Notes under the pieces: model-generated | Seen by the model: only the letters and a program-made list of their open reading frames with translations | The model's database searches: none | Told to the model about the DNA's origin: nothing | Program-made: the position numbers and the translations under genes | In this document: piece by piece, positions 1-13,580 of the stretch | How positions within the stretch are numbered: the stretch's first letter is position 1 | Layout: every line of letters starts with the position of its first letter | Assembly: GCA_046483795.1 (NCBI GenBank) | Contig: JAWOCM010000080.1 | Coordinates: forward strand, 27,458 to 91,457 | DNA from: Desulfuromonadales bacterium | Lineage (GTDB): Bacteria; Desulfobacterota; Desulfuromonadia; Desulfuromonadales; JAWOCM01 | DNA length: 64,000 nucleotides | Reading direction: 5' to 3'

Positions 1-66
1 TTCCGTGGTCACGTAATCGTCTCCGACGATATCCCTGAGTATTTTGACAAGTCGCGGTTCAATCAT
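1..66 (-). CDS. First 22 codons of a CDS that runs out of the window; the N-terminus resembles an FAD-linked oxidase (GlcD / D-lactate dehydrogenase-like).
   Basis: ATG at 66 (minus) has GAGGA about 10 nt upstream. The translation MIEPRLVKILRDIVGDDYVTTE looks like the N-terminus of PCMH-type FAD oxidases. The fragment is too short to be sure. Confidence 0.3.
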   Translation of the reverse strand, partial: MIEPRLVKILRDIVGDDYVTTE

Positions 67-145
67 GCTGAGTATCCTCGTCGCAATTAATAACCAAACT
101 GGTTACATATAATATCATTTTACCTTCCAGTTTGCCCAGCCTATT

Positions 146-1417
146 TTATCCGGCCACGAAAGGCAAGACCATCCCGCCATCGGGGATGACGACCGTGCGA
201 TGATCTGTGGGCAGTTCGGCCCGGGCCACTTCAATCGCCCTGTCCAGGCCGGAGGCCTTCTCCATTCCCATGCGGCGGGTCTGTTCGGCGCTGAACGAGC
301 TGACCAGAATCACTCTGTAGCGACGGGCCTTGCTCAGGGTGGCATGGGCCGTCTGGCCGTTGATCTGGTAGTCTTTCCGCAGCGCCTCTTCGAAGGCATC
401 CAGGTCCTGATAGCGGAACCAGTCGAAAAAATCTGGGTGGCCGAAACCGTCGGGACATGCAGCGAGCAGAACCACGGTCCCCCCCGGTTTCAGGGCGTTG
501 ACAGCATAGTGGAGGCTCTTGTGGGCCTGGACGAAGTTGATGTCTTTCGGGTGCCCTCCGCATGAGACGATCGCCAGGTCCGCGGCCCTCTCCAGCGGTA
601 CGCTGAAATGACGCCGGACCATGTCGCAGCCGGCAAAATGCGCGGCCTGCAGATTACCGGAGAAGGCACCGATAATCGTCTTGTCCGGAGCCAGAACGGT
701 GTTGAAAAGAAAATCGGGCTGGACCATCTGTGCCCCTTCGAGTATCGCTTCATGAACAGGGTTGCCCTCGAGAACGCCCGTGGTCGCTCGCGGATGCTTT
801 CCGCCTATCTCAGGGGGATTGAACACCCCGAAGTGGGTGGCCATGCACGTCCTGCGGCTGGCTACTCCCGGCACCAGGGCCTTGCGACCTCCCCCGAAGC
901 CGGCAAAGTAATGAAAACCGATCGTGCCGGTGAGGACGACCCTGTCGGCCTGCGCGACACGCCGGTTGATCTCGACCGGCATGCCCGATGTCGTCCGGCC
1001 CAGCCGCTTCAGTTCGGCCGGATTATCGCATTGGTGATCGATGACCTCCACCCGCCCGTAAAGGGCACCGAGAATTTTTCTGTGTTCCTGCGGACTCTGG
1101 TAACGGTGGATGCCAAGGCCGATGATCACCTGCAGGTCTGTCTCGGCAATGCCCGCCCGCCCCATTCGCTCCACGATCGCAGGCAGGAAATGTTCGCTTC
1201 CCGTATAGCGGGTGATGTCGGATGCAACGACTGCGACCTTCTCGCCTGCCTGCACAATCTCTTCGAGCCGCGAGCAACCGAGAGGATTGTCCAGAGACCT
1301 TTCGACAAGCTCCGCGGCGGATGACCCCTTTTCCGGCAGGTCCGGCACCAAAATCTCGGCAGAGGGAAGGTCACAGGACAACATCTCTTTTCCGTACCGG
1401 AGTTGTACTGCGTCCAT
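146..1417 (-). CDS. larA: Nickel-pincer-cofactor-dependent lactate racemase family protein (LarA / DUF2088).
   Basis: 423 aa ORF with LarA-like blocks: SLDNPLG, SDITR, GLGIHR, FHYFAGFGGGRKALVPG (the Lys-containing cofactor-tethering block), GNPVH and VVIPDGG. Confidence 0.8.
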   Translation of the reverse strand: MDAVQLRYGKEMLSCDLPSAEILVPDLPEKGSSAAELVERSLDNPLGCSRLEEIVQAGEKVAVVASDITRYTGSEHFLPAIVERMGRAGIAETDLQVIIGLGIHRYQSPQEHRKILGALYGRVEVIDHQCDNPAELKRLGRTTSGMPVEINRRVAQADRVVLTGTIGFHYFAGFGGGRKALVPGVASRRTCMATHFGVFNPPEIGGKHPRATTGVLEGNPVHEAILEGAQMVQPDFLFNTVLAPDKTIIGAFSGNLQAAHFAGCDMVRRHFSVPLERAADLAIVSCGGHPKDINFVQAHKSLHYAVNALKPGGTVVLLAACPDGFGHPDFFDWFRYQDLDAFEEALRKDYQINGQTAHATLSKARRYRVILVSSFSAEQTRRMGMEKASGLDRAIEVARAELPTDHRTVVIPDGGMVLPFVAG

Positions 1418-1578
1418 CGCCGCCCCCCTTTCGCTGCCAGAGATTTTACCGCTCTAAGTCCGTTACAAAATCGGAAAGTCCCAGAGTATCACAAACCCGG
1501 GCCGACAAAACCAGTTGCCGTCTCTTCCGTCGGCATGTTATAAAGATAAATCGCGCAAAACAAGGGAGTTAACCTGCG

Positions 1579-3999
1579 ATGAACACCTATATCAAGACCC
1601 TTTTCCGTTATTGTCTGATCACCTTCGGCGCCTGTTCTTTTCTCGCCGTCACGGCGCTTGTCGGTGCGTATTTCTATGTGGCCGGTTCTTTGCCGCGCGT
1701 CGAGAAGCTGTCTGACTATCGGCCGCCGGTCGTGACCGAAGTCTTCAGCTCCGATGACGAGGTCATCGCCGAATACTCGAACGAGCGACGCATCGTCGTG
1801 CCTGTCGAGTCGATGCCCGAATCCCTGCTTCAAGCTTTCATCGCGGCCGAGGACTCGAGTTTCTACGAGCATGAGGGGATAGACTTCGCTTCCATCATGC
1901 GCGCGGCCTGGAAAAATTTCAAGGCCGGAGGCATCGTACAGGGAGGCAGCACCATCACGCAGCAGGTGGCCAAAAGCCTGTTGTTGACTCCTGAGCGCTC
2001 CTATTCCCGCAAGTTCAAGGAGGCGATCCTCGCCCGGAGAATGGAAAAACATCTGACCAAGAAAGAGATTCTCCACCTCTATCTCAACCAGATATATCTC
2101 GGTCACGGCGCCTATGGCGTGCAGGCGGCGGCGGAAAACTATTTCGCCAAGGACGTCGAGGAATTGACAATCGCCGAAAGCGCCATCCTTGCAGGCCTGC
2201 CGCGCGCCCCGAGCCGTTATTCCCCTTACCGCCACCTCGATCGGGCCAAACAGCGTCAGCAGTATGTCCTCGACCGCATGGTCGCAAACGATTTCCTCAC
2301 CAGCGATGAAGCCAGGGACGCTTACTCCGAGGAGTTGACCATCCACCCGAGGGTCAACTCCTACATCACCGATACCGCTTACTTCACCGAACAGGTCCGC
2401 CGTTACCTGGAGAAGCGCTACGGCGAGAAGATGCTTTACACCGGGGGTCTGGAGGTCCACACGACCATGAACCTCGGCATGCAGCTTCAGGCTCAGGAAG
2501 CGGTCCGCAACAATCTCAAAGAGCACGACAGGAGGCAGGGCTACCGCGGCCCCGAAGAGGTTCTCGAAGACCGGGAGGCGATCGGTACCTTCCTCGAAGA
2601 GCAGGCGGAGGGTCTGAACGAGGTCGTGCCGGAACCGGGAACCACCCTGAAAGCGGTTCTGACAGCCCACCGGCCGGCAACGGAAAACCGGCCGTTGACC
2701 CTGCAGGTACGCTTTGGCCATCTCACAGGTCATATCTTCATCGACGACGACCACTGGGCACAGCCGCTGCGCGTCGTCGAAAGTCCCGACGCCGTGGCCA
2801 AGGACTCCGGCAAGACGACCTTCCTTCCCTACGGGTCGGTACTGTCAGTCACCATCGAGGGTCTCTCCGACGACGGCAATCTGAAGCTAGCCCTTGATCA
2901 GGAACCCCTTGCCGAAAGCGCCCTGATTGCGCTGGATCCCGATACAGGCCGGATCAAAGCGATGGTTGGAGGCTATGACTTCAACCGGAGTCAGTTCAAC
3001 CGAGCCATCCAGGCCCGCCGTCTTCCCGGTTCAGCCTTCAAGCCTCTGATCTATTCAGCCGCCCTGGATAAGGGATTCACACCGGCAAGCATCGTTTATG
3101 ATACGCCGATAATCTACAAGGAAAAAGACCAAACCGGTGAGGACGTGGCCTGGAAACCGAAGAATTACTCTAAAAAGTGGTACGGTCCGACCACTGTGCG
3201 CAGCGGACTGGCCCGCTCTCGAAATATCATCACCATAAAGATTCTCGAAGAGATCGGGATCAACTATGCCGCAAACTATGCCCAAAAGCTCGGCATCGAA
3301 TCGGATATCACCCGCGATCTCACCCTGGCCCTGGGCTCGACTGCACTGACGCCCCTCGAACTCGCCACCGCCTACACCGTTTTTGCCAACGGCGGCGTAC
3401 GGGTCAGCCCGACCTACATTACCAAGGTGGTCGACCGCGACGGACGGATCCTTGAATCGATCGACCCCTCGGATTTCCCCCAGGGGCTCGAACCGGACCA
3501 GCGTCTCATTCAGCAGACCAGGGAACGGGTCATCTCACCTGAAACCGCCTATCTGACCACCAACATTCTCGAGAGCGTCGTTCGAAACGGTACCGGCTGG
3601 CGGGCCAAGAAGCTTGGTCGTCCCGTTGCCGGGAAGACCGGAACGACAAACGATCTCAAGGATGCCTGGTTCGCCGGCTACGTACCGCAGCTCGTTTCAG
3701 TCTCCTGGGTCGGCTACGACCAGGAGCGCCCCCTGGGACGCAACGAAACCGGCTCTCTGGCTGCAGCGCCTGCCTGGGTTTCCTTCATGCGCGAGGCGGT
3801 CAAGGATTACAAACCGATCGACTTCCCGGTCCCGGAAACCATGGTTTTTCGTCCCATCGATCCGAAAACGGGCCTCCTGGTACCAGCAGACAGCGAAAAC
3901 GGCTACGTCGAGGTTTTCGCTCCGGGCACTGAACCGACCGATTACGCCATGGAAGAGGATAAGCTCGAGGCCCAGGATTTTTTCAAAATGGATTTTTGA
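1579..3999 (+). CDS. mrcA: Bifunctional penicillin-binding protein 1A (glycosyltransferase plus transpeptidase).
   Basis: 806 aa with an N-terminal TM segment. GT51 motifs EDSSFYEHEG and GGSTITQQ are present, as are transpeptidase motifs SAFKP, SRN and KTGTT. Confidence 0.92.
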   Translation: MNTYIKTLFRYCLITFGACSFLAVTALVGAYFYVAGSLPRVEKLSDYRPPVVTEVFSSDDEVIAEYSNERRIVVPVESMPESLLQAFIAAEDSSFYEHEGIDFASIMRAAWKNFKAGGIVQGGSTITQQVAKSLLLTPERSYSRKFKEAILARRMEKHLTKKEILHLYLNQIYLGHGAYGVQAAAENYFAKDVEELTIAESAILAGLPRAPSRYSPYRHLDRAKQRQQYVLDRMVANDFLTSDEARDAYSEELTIHPRVNSYITDTAYFTEQVRRYLEKRYGEKMLYTGGLEVHTTMNLGMQLQAQEAVRNNLKEHDRRQGYRGPEEVLEDREAIGTFLEEQAEGLNEVVPEPGTTLKAVLTAHRPATENRPLTLQVRFGHLTGHIFIDDDHWAQPLRVVESPDAVAKDSGKTTFLPYGSVLSVTIEGLSDDGNLKLALDQEPLAESALIALDPDTGRIKAMVGGYDFNRSQFNRAIQARRLPGSAFKPLIYSAALDKGFTPASIVYDTPIIYKEKDQTGEDVAWKPKNYSKKWYGPTTVRSGLARSRNIITIKILEEIGINYAANYAQKLGIESDITRDLTLALGSTALTPLELATAYTVFANGGVRVSPTYITKVVDRDGRILESIDPSDFPQGLEPDQRLIQQTRERVISPETAYLTTNILESVVRNGTGWRAKKLGRPVAGKTGTTNDLKDAWFAGYVPQLVSVSWVGYDQERPLGRNETGSLAAAPAWVSFMREAVKDYKPIDFPVPETMVFRPIDPKTGLLVPADSENGYVEVFAPGTEPTDYAMEEDKLEAQDFFKMDF

Positions 4000-4022
4000 T
4001 CTGCCCGGCAGATTGATGAGGT

Positions 4023-4050
4023 AAAAAGCGGAAGCTACGGCCGCTTTTTT
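4023..4050. terminator. Bidirectional intrinsic terminator between the convergent mrcA and nth genes.
   Basis: AAAAAGCGG-aagctacgg-CCGCTTTTTT, a GC stem flanked by A and T tracts. It overlaps the nth stop codon. Confidence 0.5.
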
Positions 4051-4708
4051 ATCTGGAGCGTTTGACGCCGATGCGCGGGCAGTCGTTTTGGACGGGACAG
4101 GACGTACACAAAGGCGTCGGAGCCTTGCAGAAGCGCCGGCCGTGATAGATAAGGACGTGGCTGGCTTGAGCCCACTTCACCCGCGGAAAGAGTTCGCAGA
4201 GCTGCTCCTCGATCTTGACCGGGTCGCTTTGATCCGTCCAGCCCAAGCGGTTACTGACACGTTTGACATGCGTATCGACTGCCATGCCGGGAACATCGAA
4301 CGCATTGCCGAGAACAACATTCGCCGTCTTTCGACCGACGCCGGGTAGTTCTGTCAATGCCTCCATCGTTCCGGGCACTTCCCCGCCGTGCTTATCGACA
4401 ATCTGTCTGGCAGCCGCGACGATGTTCCTTGCCTTGTTACGGAAAAAACCCGCTGAGCGAATCTCCTCCTGTAGCTCAACCACATCGACGGCGGCAAAGT
4501 CGGCGGCATCCCGATATTTGCGGAACAGTTTCTCCGTGACCTTGTTGACACGAATGTCTGTACACTGGGCCGAAAGGATTGTCGCAACAAGCAGCTGCAT
4601 GGGTGTCTCGAACGTCAGCGCGATGGTCGCGTCAGGATGGGTTTTCTCGAGGATATGCAATAATTCAAGAGCCTTGTTTTTCACGAGTTGATGTCGGTTT
4701 CTAGTCAC
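4049..4708 (-). CDS. nth: Endonuclease III (DNA glycosylase/AP lyase).
   Basis: 219 aa with a GTG start. HhH-GPD motif LPGVGRKTANVVL and the C-terminal 4Fe-4S ligand pattern CKAPTPLCTSCPVQNDC are present. Confidence 0.92.
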   Translation of the reverse strand: MTRNRHQLVKNKALELLHILEKTHPDATIALTFETPMQLLVATILSAQCTDIRVNKVTEKLFRKYRDAADFAAVDVVELQEEIRSAGFFRNKARNIVAAARQIVDKHGGEVPGTMEALTELPGVGRKTANVVLGNAFDVPGMAVDTHVKRVSNRLGWTDQSDPVKIEEQLCELFPRVKWAQASHVLIYHGRRFCKAPTPLCTSCPVQNDCPRIGVKRSR

Positions 4709-4743
4709 AATTCCGCCTTGCCTATTCTGCTCTCCCGCTCATG

Positions 4744-4764
4744 TTATCCACGTGCTTATCCACA
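4744..4764 (+). promoter_or_regulatory. Two tandem direct DnaA-box 9-mers upstream of nth.
   Basis: TTATCCACG (4744-4752) and a perfect TTATCCACA (4756-4764), starts 12 nt apart. They lie in the 85-nt gap between the EEP stop and the nth start. Confidence 0.45.
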
Positions 4765-4793
4765 ACTGTTTATGCTTTCAAGTGCTCGGCACC

Positions 4794-5525
4794 TCAGCCG
4801 GCAGCCGGTTCCATGGGGGCTCGGCTCATCTTTTTGACGTGCAGATAGGTACCCGTATCTCTGATCTGGAGAGTCAACAGATAGGGGAGGTGGGCAGAAG
4901 CCACGCGTTCCTTCTGCCCGCGCATGATTCGTGTATCGATAACCTTGATTCGCTTGCACAGGTAGACCCGGTCGCGGGCGACGACAGGGAATCTCGCAGG
5001 GTATGTTCCGCTCCACAAGGGGCGCTTTGCCTGCTTGAGGGAGGCTGACAGACCGAACCCTCCCGCCCAGTGGAGATTGGAAAAATCACCGAGCACCACA
5101 ATCGGACACGCCAGAGCACGGTTGCCCAGCAAGTCTTCACCGAGCAGGCTCGCCAGTTGCCTCCGCCTCCACTCCAGTCTTGAATCCAGCCGGACATTGA
5201 AAAGGTGAATTCTTTGTCCGCGAAAATCCAGATCCCCCCGCAAACAGACACCATCGCCACCAAGAGAGTATTCACGAATACCGCGCAAGGGGTAGTAGGA
5301 AAGAATACCGTTGCTTCCCGTCTTTATCGGCCCGTACCAGCTCATACCGAGACGCTCACCAAGGCGACTCAATTGACATTCCCTGCCCCCTGCATCGAGG
5401 TCCTGCAAAGCGACAAGATCCGGCGCCCCATCTCCGATGACTTTGGCAACCCGTCCGCTGCTCGTTACGCCGTCTCCGCCGCGACAGCGACGGATGTTAT
5501 AGGTCATGACGCGAATCGTGTACAT
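4794..5525 (-). CDS. Endonuclease/exonuclease/phosphatase (EEP) family protein.
   Basis: 243 aa. N-terminal VMTYNIRRCRG and DLVALQDLD are typical EEP catalytic blocks, and VVLGDFS lies further downstream. Confidence 0.7.
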   Translation of the reverse strand: MYTIRVMTYNIRRCRGGDGVTSSGRVAKVIGDGAPDLVALQDLDAGGRECQLSRLGERLGMSWYGPIKTGSNGILSYYPLRGIREYSLGGDGVCLRGDLDFRGQRIHLFNVRLDSRLEWRRRQLASLLGEDLLGNRALACPIVVLGDFSNLHWAGGFGLSASLKQAKRPLWSGTYPARFPVVARDRVYLCKRIKVIDTRIMRGQKERVASAHLPYLLTLQIRDTGTYLHVKKMSRAPMEPAAG

Positions 5526-5602
5526 TTCTGCCGTCTCCGGTTCTTTGCCATCTCCTTAAACAGCGCCACCTCGGTACAAAATACATTGAATTGGAATAAA
5601 AA

Positions 5603-5633
5603 TCAAAAAGGCCGCCTTCAGGCGGCCTTTTCT
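5603..5633 (-). terminator. Intrinsic terminator downstream of gpsA.
   Basis: AAAAAGGCCGCC-ttca-GGCGGCCTTTT. On the minus strand the stem is followed by a T tract. Confidence 0.6.
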
Positions 5634-5695
5634 GTACGATTGTTTGTTCTCTCCTTCCAGACCTTTTATGGTCCGGCTCCTGGCAAGGATTTCGC

Positions 5696-6694
5696 TCACA
5701 CTTCCGCCTTCAGTTCGCGGCTCATCAGGTCGGTGACCGCCTGGCGGGGATTCTTGTCTTCGTAAAGAATGGCGTGCATCTGTGCGATAATGGGAACCTC
5801 GACGTCGAGTCGCCGAGCCATCTGGGAAGCTGACAGGGTGGTTTTCACACCCTCCGCCACCATGTTCATCCCTTCGAGAATCTCCTTGAGTTTTTTGCCC
5901 CGTCCCAATTCCATGCCGACGCTGCGATTGCGTGACAGATCCCCCGTGCATGTCAGCACCAGATCGCCCATGCCGGCCAGTCCTGAAAACGTGGACGCCG
6001 AAGCGCCCTGCGCCTCACCGATGCGTATCATCTCGGCAAGTCCGCGGGTAATGAGACCTGCCCGGGCATTGAATCCGAAACCCAGGCCGTCGGAAACTCC
6101 CGCCGCAAGCGCCATGACATTCTTCAGGGCTCCGCCGAGTTCGACGCCCACCACATCGAGATTGGTATAGACCCGAAAATATTCCGTGCTGAATACATCC
6201 TGCACCAACTCGGCAGACTCCGGATCCCTGGAAGCAACGGCCACCGCGGTCGGCAATTCCGCTGCGACTTCCCTGGCAAAGGAAGGTCCCGACAAAAAAG
6301 CTGTTTTTAATGATGTTTCGTGTGGAAAGATATCTTCAAGGACTTCCGACATGGTCATCAGGCTGTCGTTTTCTATGCCCTTTGCTGCAGAAACGATCTG
6401 CGTGCCCGGCTCGACCATATCGACGATACCTTCGACAACGGTACGCATAATCTGGGATGGACAAGCCAGAAGCAAAAGCTTCCTGCCAGCTACCGCCTCA
6501 CGGGGGTCATTGGTAAATTCAAGGTTTTGCGCCAGATTGAAACCCGGCAAAAAGAGATCGTTCTCCCGGGTTTCGTTCATCCGCTTCACCAGATCGGCTT
6601 CATAGGCCCAAAGGGTGACCGAATGGTTTTTCTTCGCCAGCAAATTGGCCAGGGTCGTTCCCCAGCTCCCCGCACCGATTACCCCAATATTCAT
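5696..6694 (-). CDS. gpsA: NAD(P)H-dependent glycerol-3-phosphate dehydrogenase.
   Basis: 332 aa with the Rossmann motif IGVIGAGSWGTTLA and full-length GpsA-like sequence. Confidence 0.93.
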   Translation of the reverse strand: MNIGVIGAGSWGTTLANLLAKKNHSVTLWAYEADLVKRMNETRENDLFLPGFNLAQNLEFTNDPREAVAGRKLLLLACPSQIMRTVVEGIVDMVEPGTQIVSAAKGIENDSLMTMSEVLEDIFPHETSLKTAFLSGPSFAREVAAELPTAVAVASRDPESAELVQDVFSTEYFRVYTNLDVVGVELGGALKNVMALAAGVSDGLGFGFNARAGLITRGLAEMIRIGEAQGASASTFSGLAGMGDLVLTCTGDLSRNRSVGMELGRGKKLKEILEGMNMVAEGVKTTLSASQMARRLDVEVPIIAQMHAILYEDKNPRQAVTDLMSRELKAEV

Positions 6695-6705
6695 GACTCT
6701 CCCCG

Positions 6706-7581
6706 TCAGATGGCTTTTTTCTTCTTCTTTATCCGATCCTTCACCTGGGTTATCTTTTTCTCCAGAGCAACCTGATTGGAATAGGATCCCCGCAGCCCTT
6801 CGAATATCCGCAAGGACTCCTTGAGACGTTCCTGCTCCTCAAGAACCTTGCCAAGGGTGAACCTGGCTTCGACACTGAAGGGGTCATTCGGCCATGTTTC
6901 GATGACCCCCTGCAGGGCGTCTTCTGAATCTTTGAGCTCTCCCTCGATGTAGAGGCAGACGCCGATGCGGTAGGTCACCTCCGCCGTTTTTCCCGAATCC
7001 GGATGCTTTTCCAGGAACCGTTCGAATTCAATACGTGCCTGCTCAAAATTGTTCAGTTTGAAATAACTGTCGGCGATTTCGTACAAACCCTCGGCACGAT
7101 CTGGGGTGCCCATGTCGAGAAGATTCTGGTAAGCGACAATCGCCGCCGGGTTATCCTGAAAACGGTATTTGTAAATTTCCGCCACCCGTCTCTGGCTGGC
7201 CAGAGCCATATCGCTGTGCGGATATTGCTTGAGCAACTGAAGATAGGAAACCAGAGCTTCCTGATAGCGGCCGAGGCTTTTGTTGAGTATCTCTCCCTGA
7301 TGGAAAAGTGCCCGGGCTGCCAGCTTTGAATCGGGACGCTCCTGATAAATGGCGTCGAAAATCTGCATGGAATTTTCGAATTTTCCACTATGCATCAGGG
7401 TCATTGCTTTTTCAAAACGCCCCTCCAATATCTCGTCCCGCTTGTTCATATATAAAAGGAAGCTCCCGGTGACAACGGTCACGATGACGAGAGCACCTAT
7501 CCATCGATTTCGAATCCTATTCGGATATTTCCTCCTCAGCTCCTCCGTCTGTACCCTTTTCTTCAGCTTCTTTATCTCCAT
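6706..7581 (-). CDS. Membrane-anchored tetratricopeptide-repeat protein.
   Basis: 291 aa with an N-terminal TM segment ([18 protein letters not shown]) followed by repeated TPR-like A/Y/F-rich helices. The ATG at 7581 overlaps the gyrA 3' end by 65 nt. Confidence 0.65.
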   Translation of the reverse strand: MEIKKLKKRVQTEELRRKYPNRIRNRWIGALVIVTVVTGSFLLYMNKRDEILEGRFEKAMTLMHSGKFENSMQIFDAIYQERPDSKLAARALFHQGEILNKSLGRYQEALVSYLQLLKQYPHSDMALASQRRVAEIYKYRFQDNPAAIVAYQNLLDMGTPDRAEGLYEIADSYFKLNNFEQARIEFERFLEKHPDSGKTAEVTYRIGVCLYIEGELKDSEDALQGVIETWPNDPFSVEARFTLGKVLEEQERLKESLRIFEGLRGSYSNQVALEKKITQVKDRIKKKKKAI

Positions 7582-10021
7582 CGTCCTCTTCTTCCTTTTC
7601 CGCCAGTTTTGCGACCGCCACGATTCGCTCGTCGGGCTCCAGAACCATTAAGCGAACGCCCTGGGTATTGCGCCCGATGATCGACAGAGATCCAACCCGG
7701 GTGCGCAGGACCTTGCCCTGATCGGAGATGAACATCAAGTCTGAATCTTCGTCGGCCAGTTTGATATCCACCACCTTTCCATTGCGCTCGGTGGTTTTGA
7801 TGGTGATAATACCCTTGCCGCCACGACTCTGAACCCGGTATTCATCAAGAGCGGTCCGTTTTCCGTAGCCGTTCCTGGTGACAGTGACCAAGGTCGCCGT
7901 CGTCGAGTCGGAAACCACTTCCATTCCGATCAGCTCGTCGTCCCCTTCCAGGGACATGCCGCGCACACCGCGTGCAGTGCGCCCCATCGAACGCACATCC
8001 GATTCCGGAAACCGGATGGCCTTGCCGTTGCGGGTGGCCAGGAAAATATTTCTTTCACCATCGCTCAGGCGGGCGGCGATCAGGCTGTCCCCGTCATCGA
8101 CCGTCTGGGCGATGATTCCCCGAGAGCGGGGATTGGAATACGCCATCAGTTCGGTCTTCTTGACCGTCCCCTTGCGTGTTGCCGTAATTATGTATTTTCC
8201 GGCCGAGAACTCCTTGACCGGCAGCACTGTCATCACCTTCTCGTCCGGGCTGAGCTGAAGCAGGTTGACGATCGCCTTACCCCGTGCCGCTCTGCCTCCC
8301 TGGGGTATCTCGTGAACCTTGAGCCAGTGCATGCGGCCCTGGTCGGTGAAAACGAGGATGAAGGAATGCGTCGAGGCAATAAAGAGACGTTCGACAAAAT
8401 CCTCATCCTTCGTCGTCATGCCGGTTTTCCCCTTGCCGCCGCGGCGTTGGGCCCGATAGAGGGAGACGGGATTGCGCTTGATGTAGCCGGTATGGGAGAT
8501 CGTTACCACCATGTCTTCCTCGACGATCAAGTCCTCGAGAGTCAATTCACCTGTCTTCTCGATAATTTCCGTGCTCCGCTCGTCGCCGAATCGCTCCTTG
8601 ATGTCGAGCAGTTCGCCGCGGATGATCTTGTATATTTCCGCCTCGTTGGCAAGAATTTCTTTGAGGCGTTTTATCAGCGCCAGGACCTGATTGTACTCTT
8701 CGACGATTTTGTTGCGCTCCAGGCCGGTGAGACGATGCAGGCGCATGTCGAGAATCGCCTGAGCCTGAAGATCGCTGAACTCGAATCGCTCCCTCAATCG
8801 CTCTTTGGCCTGCGATGAGTCGGAGCTGCTTTTGATGATCTGTATGACCTCGTCTAGATTATCCAGAGCAATCTTCAACCCTTCGAGAATATGGGCCCGG
8901 GCTTCGGCTTTTTTCAATTCGAAAATGCAGCGACGGGTGACGATCTCCTTGCGGTGATCGAGAAACCGGTCCAGCACCTCGCGCAGCGAAAGGACGCGCG
9001 GCTGGCCATTGACCAGAGCCAGCATGATGATTCCGAATGAGCTCTGCATCGCGGTCATCTTGTAGAGCTGATTGAGAATGATCTGGGGAATGGAATCCCT
9101 TTTCAGCTCGATAACCACTCGAAAGCCGTCCCGGTCCGACTCGTCACGAAGATCGGATATGCCCTCTATCTTTTTGTCCTTGACGAGATCTGCGATTTTC
9201 TCGATCAGCCTCGCCTTGTTCACCTGATAGGGAATTTCTGTCAGTATGATACTTTCGCGTCCCGTGCGGCTGTCCTTTTCCACAAGAGCCCGGGCCCTCA
9301 TCTGGATGATGCCGCGGCCGGTCCGGTATGCCTCGACAATCCCTTCTCGACCGAGAATGAAGCCGGCAGTGGGAAAATCGGGCCCGGTAATTTTGGTCAG
9401 CATCTCGTCGAAGCCGATGGCCGGGTTGTCGATAATAGCCACCAGTCCCTCGATGATTTCGCTGAGGTTATGCGGCGGAATCTTGGTGGCCATGCCCACG
9501 GCTATTCCTTCCGAGCCGTTCACCAGCAGATTGGGATATTTGCAGGGAAGAACGAGCGGCTCTTCCAGGGAGTCATCGTAGTTTGGCCCGTAATCGACCG
9601 TTTCTTTTTCGATGTCGAAAAGCAGCTCATGGGCCAGCCGGTCCATCCGGACCTCGGTATAGCGCATGGCCGCGGCCGAATCTCCATCAATGGAACCGAA
9701 ATTGCCCTGTCCGTCCACCAAGGTGTAGCGCATGGAAAAATCCTGAGCCATGCGCACGATGGTATCGTAAACAGCAGAATCACCATGGGGGTGATATTTA
9801 CCGATAACGTCGCCCACGACACGGGCCGACTTCTTGTAGGGCTTGTTGTAGCCGTTATTCAGTTCGTGCATGGCATATAGGACTCTGCGGTGAACCGGCT
9901 TGAGCCCGTCGCGCACGTCGGGCAGAGCCCGGCCTATAATAACGCTCATGGCATAATCCATATAGGATTTGCGCATTTCGTCTTCGATGTTGACGCTGAC
10001 CTTGTTCTGTTGCGATATCAT
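7517..10021 (-). CDS. gyrA: DNA gyrase subunit A.
   Basis: 834 aa with the QRDR block [11 protein letters not shown], the AAMRYTE active-site Tyr region, C-terminal beta-pinwheel repeats and an acidic tail. Confidence 0.97.
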   Translation of the reverse strand: MISQQNKVSVNIEDEMRKSYMDYAMSVIIGRALPDVRDGLKPVHRRVLYAMHELNNGYNKPYKKSARVVGDVIGKYHPHGDSAVYDTIVRMAQDFSMRYTLVDGQGNFGSIDGDSAAAMRYTEVRMDRLAHELLFDIEKETVDYGPNYDDSLEEPLVLPCKYPNLLVNGSEGIAVGMATKIPPHNLSEIIEGLVAIIDNPAIGFDEMLTKITGPDFPTAGFILGREGIVEAYRTGRGIIQMRARALVEKDSRTGRESIILTEIPYQVNKARLIEKIADLVKDKKIEGISDLRDESDRDGFRVVIELKRDSIPQIILNQLYKMTAMQSSFGIIMLALVNGQPRVLSLREVLDRFLDHRKEIVTRRCIFELKKAEARAHILEGLKIALDNLDEVIQIIKSSSDSSQAKERLRERFEFSDLQAQAILDMRLHRLTGLERNKIVEEYNQVLALIKRLKEILANEAEIYKIIRGELLDIKERFGDERSTEIIEKTGELTLEDLIVEEDMVVTISHTGYIKRNPVSLYRAQRRGGKGKTGMTTKDEDFVERLFIASTHSFILVFTDQGRMHWLKVHEIPQGGRAARGKAIVNLLQLSPDEKVMTVLPVKEFSAGKYIITATRKGTVKKTELMAYSNPRSRGIIAQTVDDGDSLIAARLSDGERNIFLATRNGKAIRFPESDVRSMGRTARGVRGMSLEGDDELIGMEVVSDSTTATLVTVTRNGYGKRTALDEYRVQSRGGKGIITIKTTERNGKVVDIKLADEDSDLMFISDQGKVLRTRVGSLSIIGRNTQGVRLMVLEPDERIVAVAKLAEKEEEDDGDKEAEEKGTDGGAEEEISE

Positions 10022-10074
10022 TTTTCCTCCAGGGCTGACAGCAAATAACCTATTCGCTGTTCTCGCCTGATGTT

Positions 10075-13564
<3,490 letters not shown>

Positions 13565-13580
13565 GTGCCGCTGATTGTTA

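Noticed and set aside
1489-2754. 421-aa minus-strand ORF.
   Set aside because: It lies antisense to the PBP1A gene, has no recognisable motifs, and is a shadow ORF.
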